The translations under genes and the position numbers were made by a program. Positions 62,544 to 64,000 of a stretch of 64,000 bases of DNA are shown here, piece after piece. The notes below the pieces were generated by a model. It saw only the letters and a list, made by a program, of their open reading frames with translations, made no database searches and was not told where the DNA came from. Within the stretch, counting starts at the first letter, position 1. Each line of letters starts with the position of its first letter. This DNA is from Barthelona sp. PAP020 (Eukaryota): positions 1 through 64,000 of the forward strand of contig JARQWU010000020.1 in the NCBI GenBank assembly GCA_040182905.1, written 5' to 3'.

Positions 62544-63371
62544 TTACATTGCTTCAAAAACTACATCAAGACATGCAAACGTGTCATGGCCATCGCAAAG
62601 ATCTACTTTGCGGTTTTCATTGCCAATAACAATGTGCGATTCGCTGCTGCAACCGGAAACATTATAAACTTCCCAATACAGAGAATCCTTATCACAAGGA
62701 ACTATAGTTTCATCCGAATTGAACTCGCCCATGCACACCAAACGAACAGCATTCCCGATAAGAGTAACATTTGTTTTGCTGAAAATGCTGACTCCTGACT
62801 GCAAAAATGAGGTCACTGCACGTTCTCCGTTAAATAATGGACCGCCGAATATTATCACATTATCATAGTCTTCCCAAATGACATCATCGACGTGAATTCC
62901 ACGTGAAAACATCTTTAAATCAATTAAAAACTCAGGTTTGACTCCTTTGCTTGCAATCACGTAGTTGCCATACGTGTCAGAATAAATAGGTATAGGTTCG
63001 ATTTTGTTGTGAATGCAAAACAACATTATTTCTTCATACACCACCGCATCAACGCCATCAGCAAGCCAAATCGCTATTTTAGGTGTATGTGCAAATGAGT
63101 GGATCTTTATATTGTGTGTGTTGTTTGCTGTTCTTGATGAATCGTCATTCATGGCGTCCAAAAGGGCAAAATCTCCCAAAGGCATCGTATTAAACATTCC
63201 ATTGACTTCATAAACGGAAAATCCGATAAAATTATCAACATTATTGGGTTGATTGACGTCGTTTTTGAAATGAACAACATAAAATGCGATAAAAGAGCTG
63301 ATACTGATCAAGAGCAGCTGTACGAATAAATCAAGCTTTCGAATGCTTCTGTCATTGGTCAAAAAAGGCAT
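62544..63371 (-). CDS. Type II membrane protein with DJ-1/PfpI (GATase1)-like domain, paralog 2
   Basis: N-terminal TM; AIWLADGVDAVVY, KPEFLIDL, EDYDNVIIFGGP, LIGNAVR. Confidence 0.7.
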   Translation of the reverse strand: MPFLTNDRSIRKLDLFVQLLLISISSFIAFYVVHFKNDVNQPNNVDNFIGFSVYEVNGMFNTMPLGDFALLDAMNDDSSRTANNTHNIKIHSFAHTPKIAIWLADGVDAVVYEEIMLFCIHNKIEPIPIYSDTYGNYVIASKGVKPEFLIDLKMFSRGIHVDDVIWEDYDNVIIFGGPLFNGERAVTSFLQSGVSIFSKTNVTLIGNAVRLVCMGEFNSDETIVPCDKDSLYWEVYNVSGCSSESHIVIGNENRKVDLCDGHDTFACLDVVFEAM

Positions 63372-63633
63372 CAAATACAAACAAAAAAAATATCAAAAAA
63401 GAACAACGCCATGTTTACAAGGGAAAAAGAACACGATGTTAATTTCAAAAAATGAACAGGAAAAAAATGCAAAATGTAAATATATTGGTGAAAAGGAAAT
63501 AAGAACCGCAGGAGAAAAATCTGCTACAATATTTGTGAAGTCAAAAAAAAAAATGGAAAGAATGAAAAAAAAAAGAAAGAGAAATCATCAAGTTGTGAGA
63601 AAGTCAGATTGGATTGAAATATTTTTTTATCAA

Positions 63634-64000
63634 ATGTCTGACGAAAAAGTTCACAAATGCATTATTATTGGATCAGGTCCTGCTGGTTGCACAGCAGCAC
63701 TTTATGCTGCCAGAGCAGGGATGAAACCAATTCTTATTACTGGATACGATAAGGGTGGTCAATTAAATCTCACTTCTGAAGTCGACAATTGGCCCACCGC
63801 TTTCGAAACAATTACTGGATCTGATTTGGTTACAGATATCGAAAAGAATGCCAAGCGTTTTGGTGCTGAGTTCGTCATGAATCAAGTCAAGGAGGTTGAC
63901 TTTTCTTCCAGACCTTTCAAGTTAGTTACCGACAGTGAAACCTATTTGGCACATACTGTCATTATTTGTACTGGTGCTTCAGCCAGATGGTTGGGATTGG
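63634..64000 (+). CDS. trxB: Low-molecular-weight thioredoxin reductase, 3'-truncated by window edge (not in the ORF track)
   Basis: MSDEKVHKCIIIGSGPAGCTAALYAARAGMKP..GGQLNLTSEVDNWP..VIICTGASARWLGL. Confidence 0.93.
   Translation, partial: MSDEKVHKCIIIGSGPAGCTAALYAARAGMKPILITGYDKGGQLNLTSEVDNWPTAFETITGSDLVTDIEKNAKRFGAEFVMNQVKEVDFSSRPFKLVTDSETYLAHTVIICTGASARWLGL

Noticed and set aside
1..64000. Alternative genetic code
   Set aside because: Conserved genes read through in the standard code and end at TAA, TAG or TGA; in-frame stops are limited to repeats and relics

Overview
Gene-dense, very AT-rich eukaryotic nuclear DNA using the standard genetic code (TAA, TAG and TGA all end long ORFs). 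Intergenic spacers are short and the GT-AG introns are tiny (34-35 nt). Cilium/centriole genes (MOK, PIBF1/CEP90, CLUAP1/IFT38, PTPDC1) and bacterial-type enzymes (NagB/PIG-L fusion, low-MW thioredoxin reductase) suggest a compact-genome flagellated protist, possibly an anaerobe such as a metamonad; this is inference only. About 32 CDS and one tRNA-Ala(AGC) are supported. The housekeeping backbone is interrupted by two accessory islands (~9.7-14.1 kb and ~18.7-24.1 kb). Each carries one repeat-domain gene (a near-identical ankyrin array; a kinase-coiled-coil-WD40 protein) bracketed by copies of the same unnamed repeat family. The family has about 10 full or partial copies, a sharp GGCTTGGAAATAA terminus, a 29-nt subterminal hairpin with compensatory changes, and one perfect 39-bp inverted-repeat pair. 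This repeat-plus-cargo arrangement is the best candidate for an undescribed system. Several enzymes appear to lack catalytic residues (two NagB homologs, a cathepsin-like protein, two DJ-1/PfpI-like membrane proteins). All product calls come from motif recognition by eye; no database searches were run.
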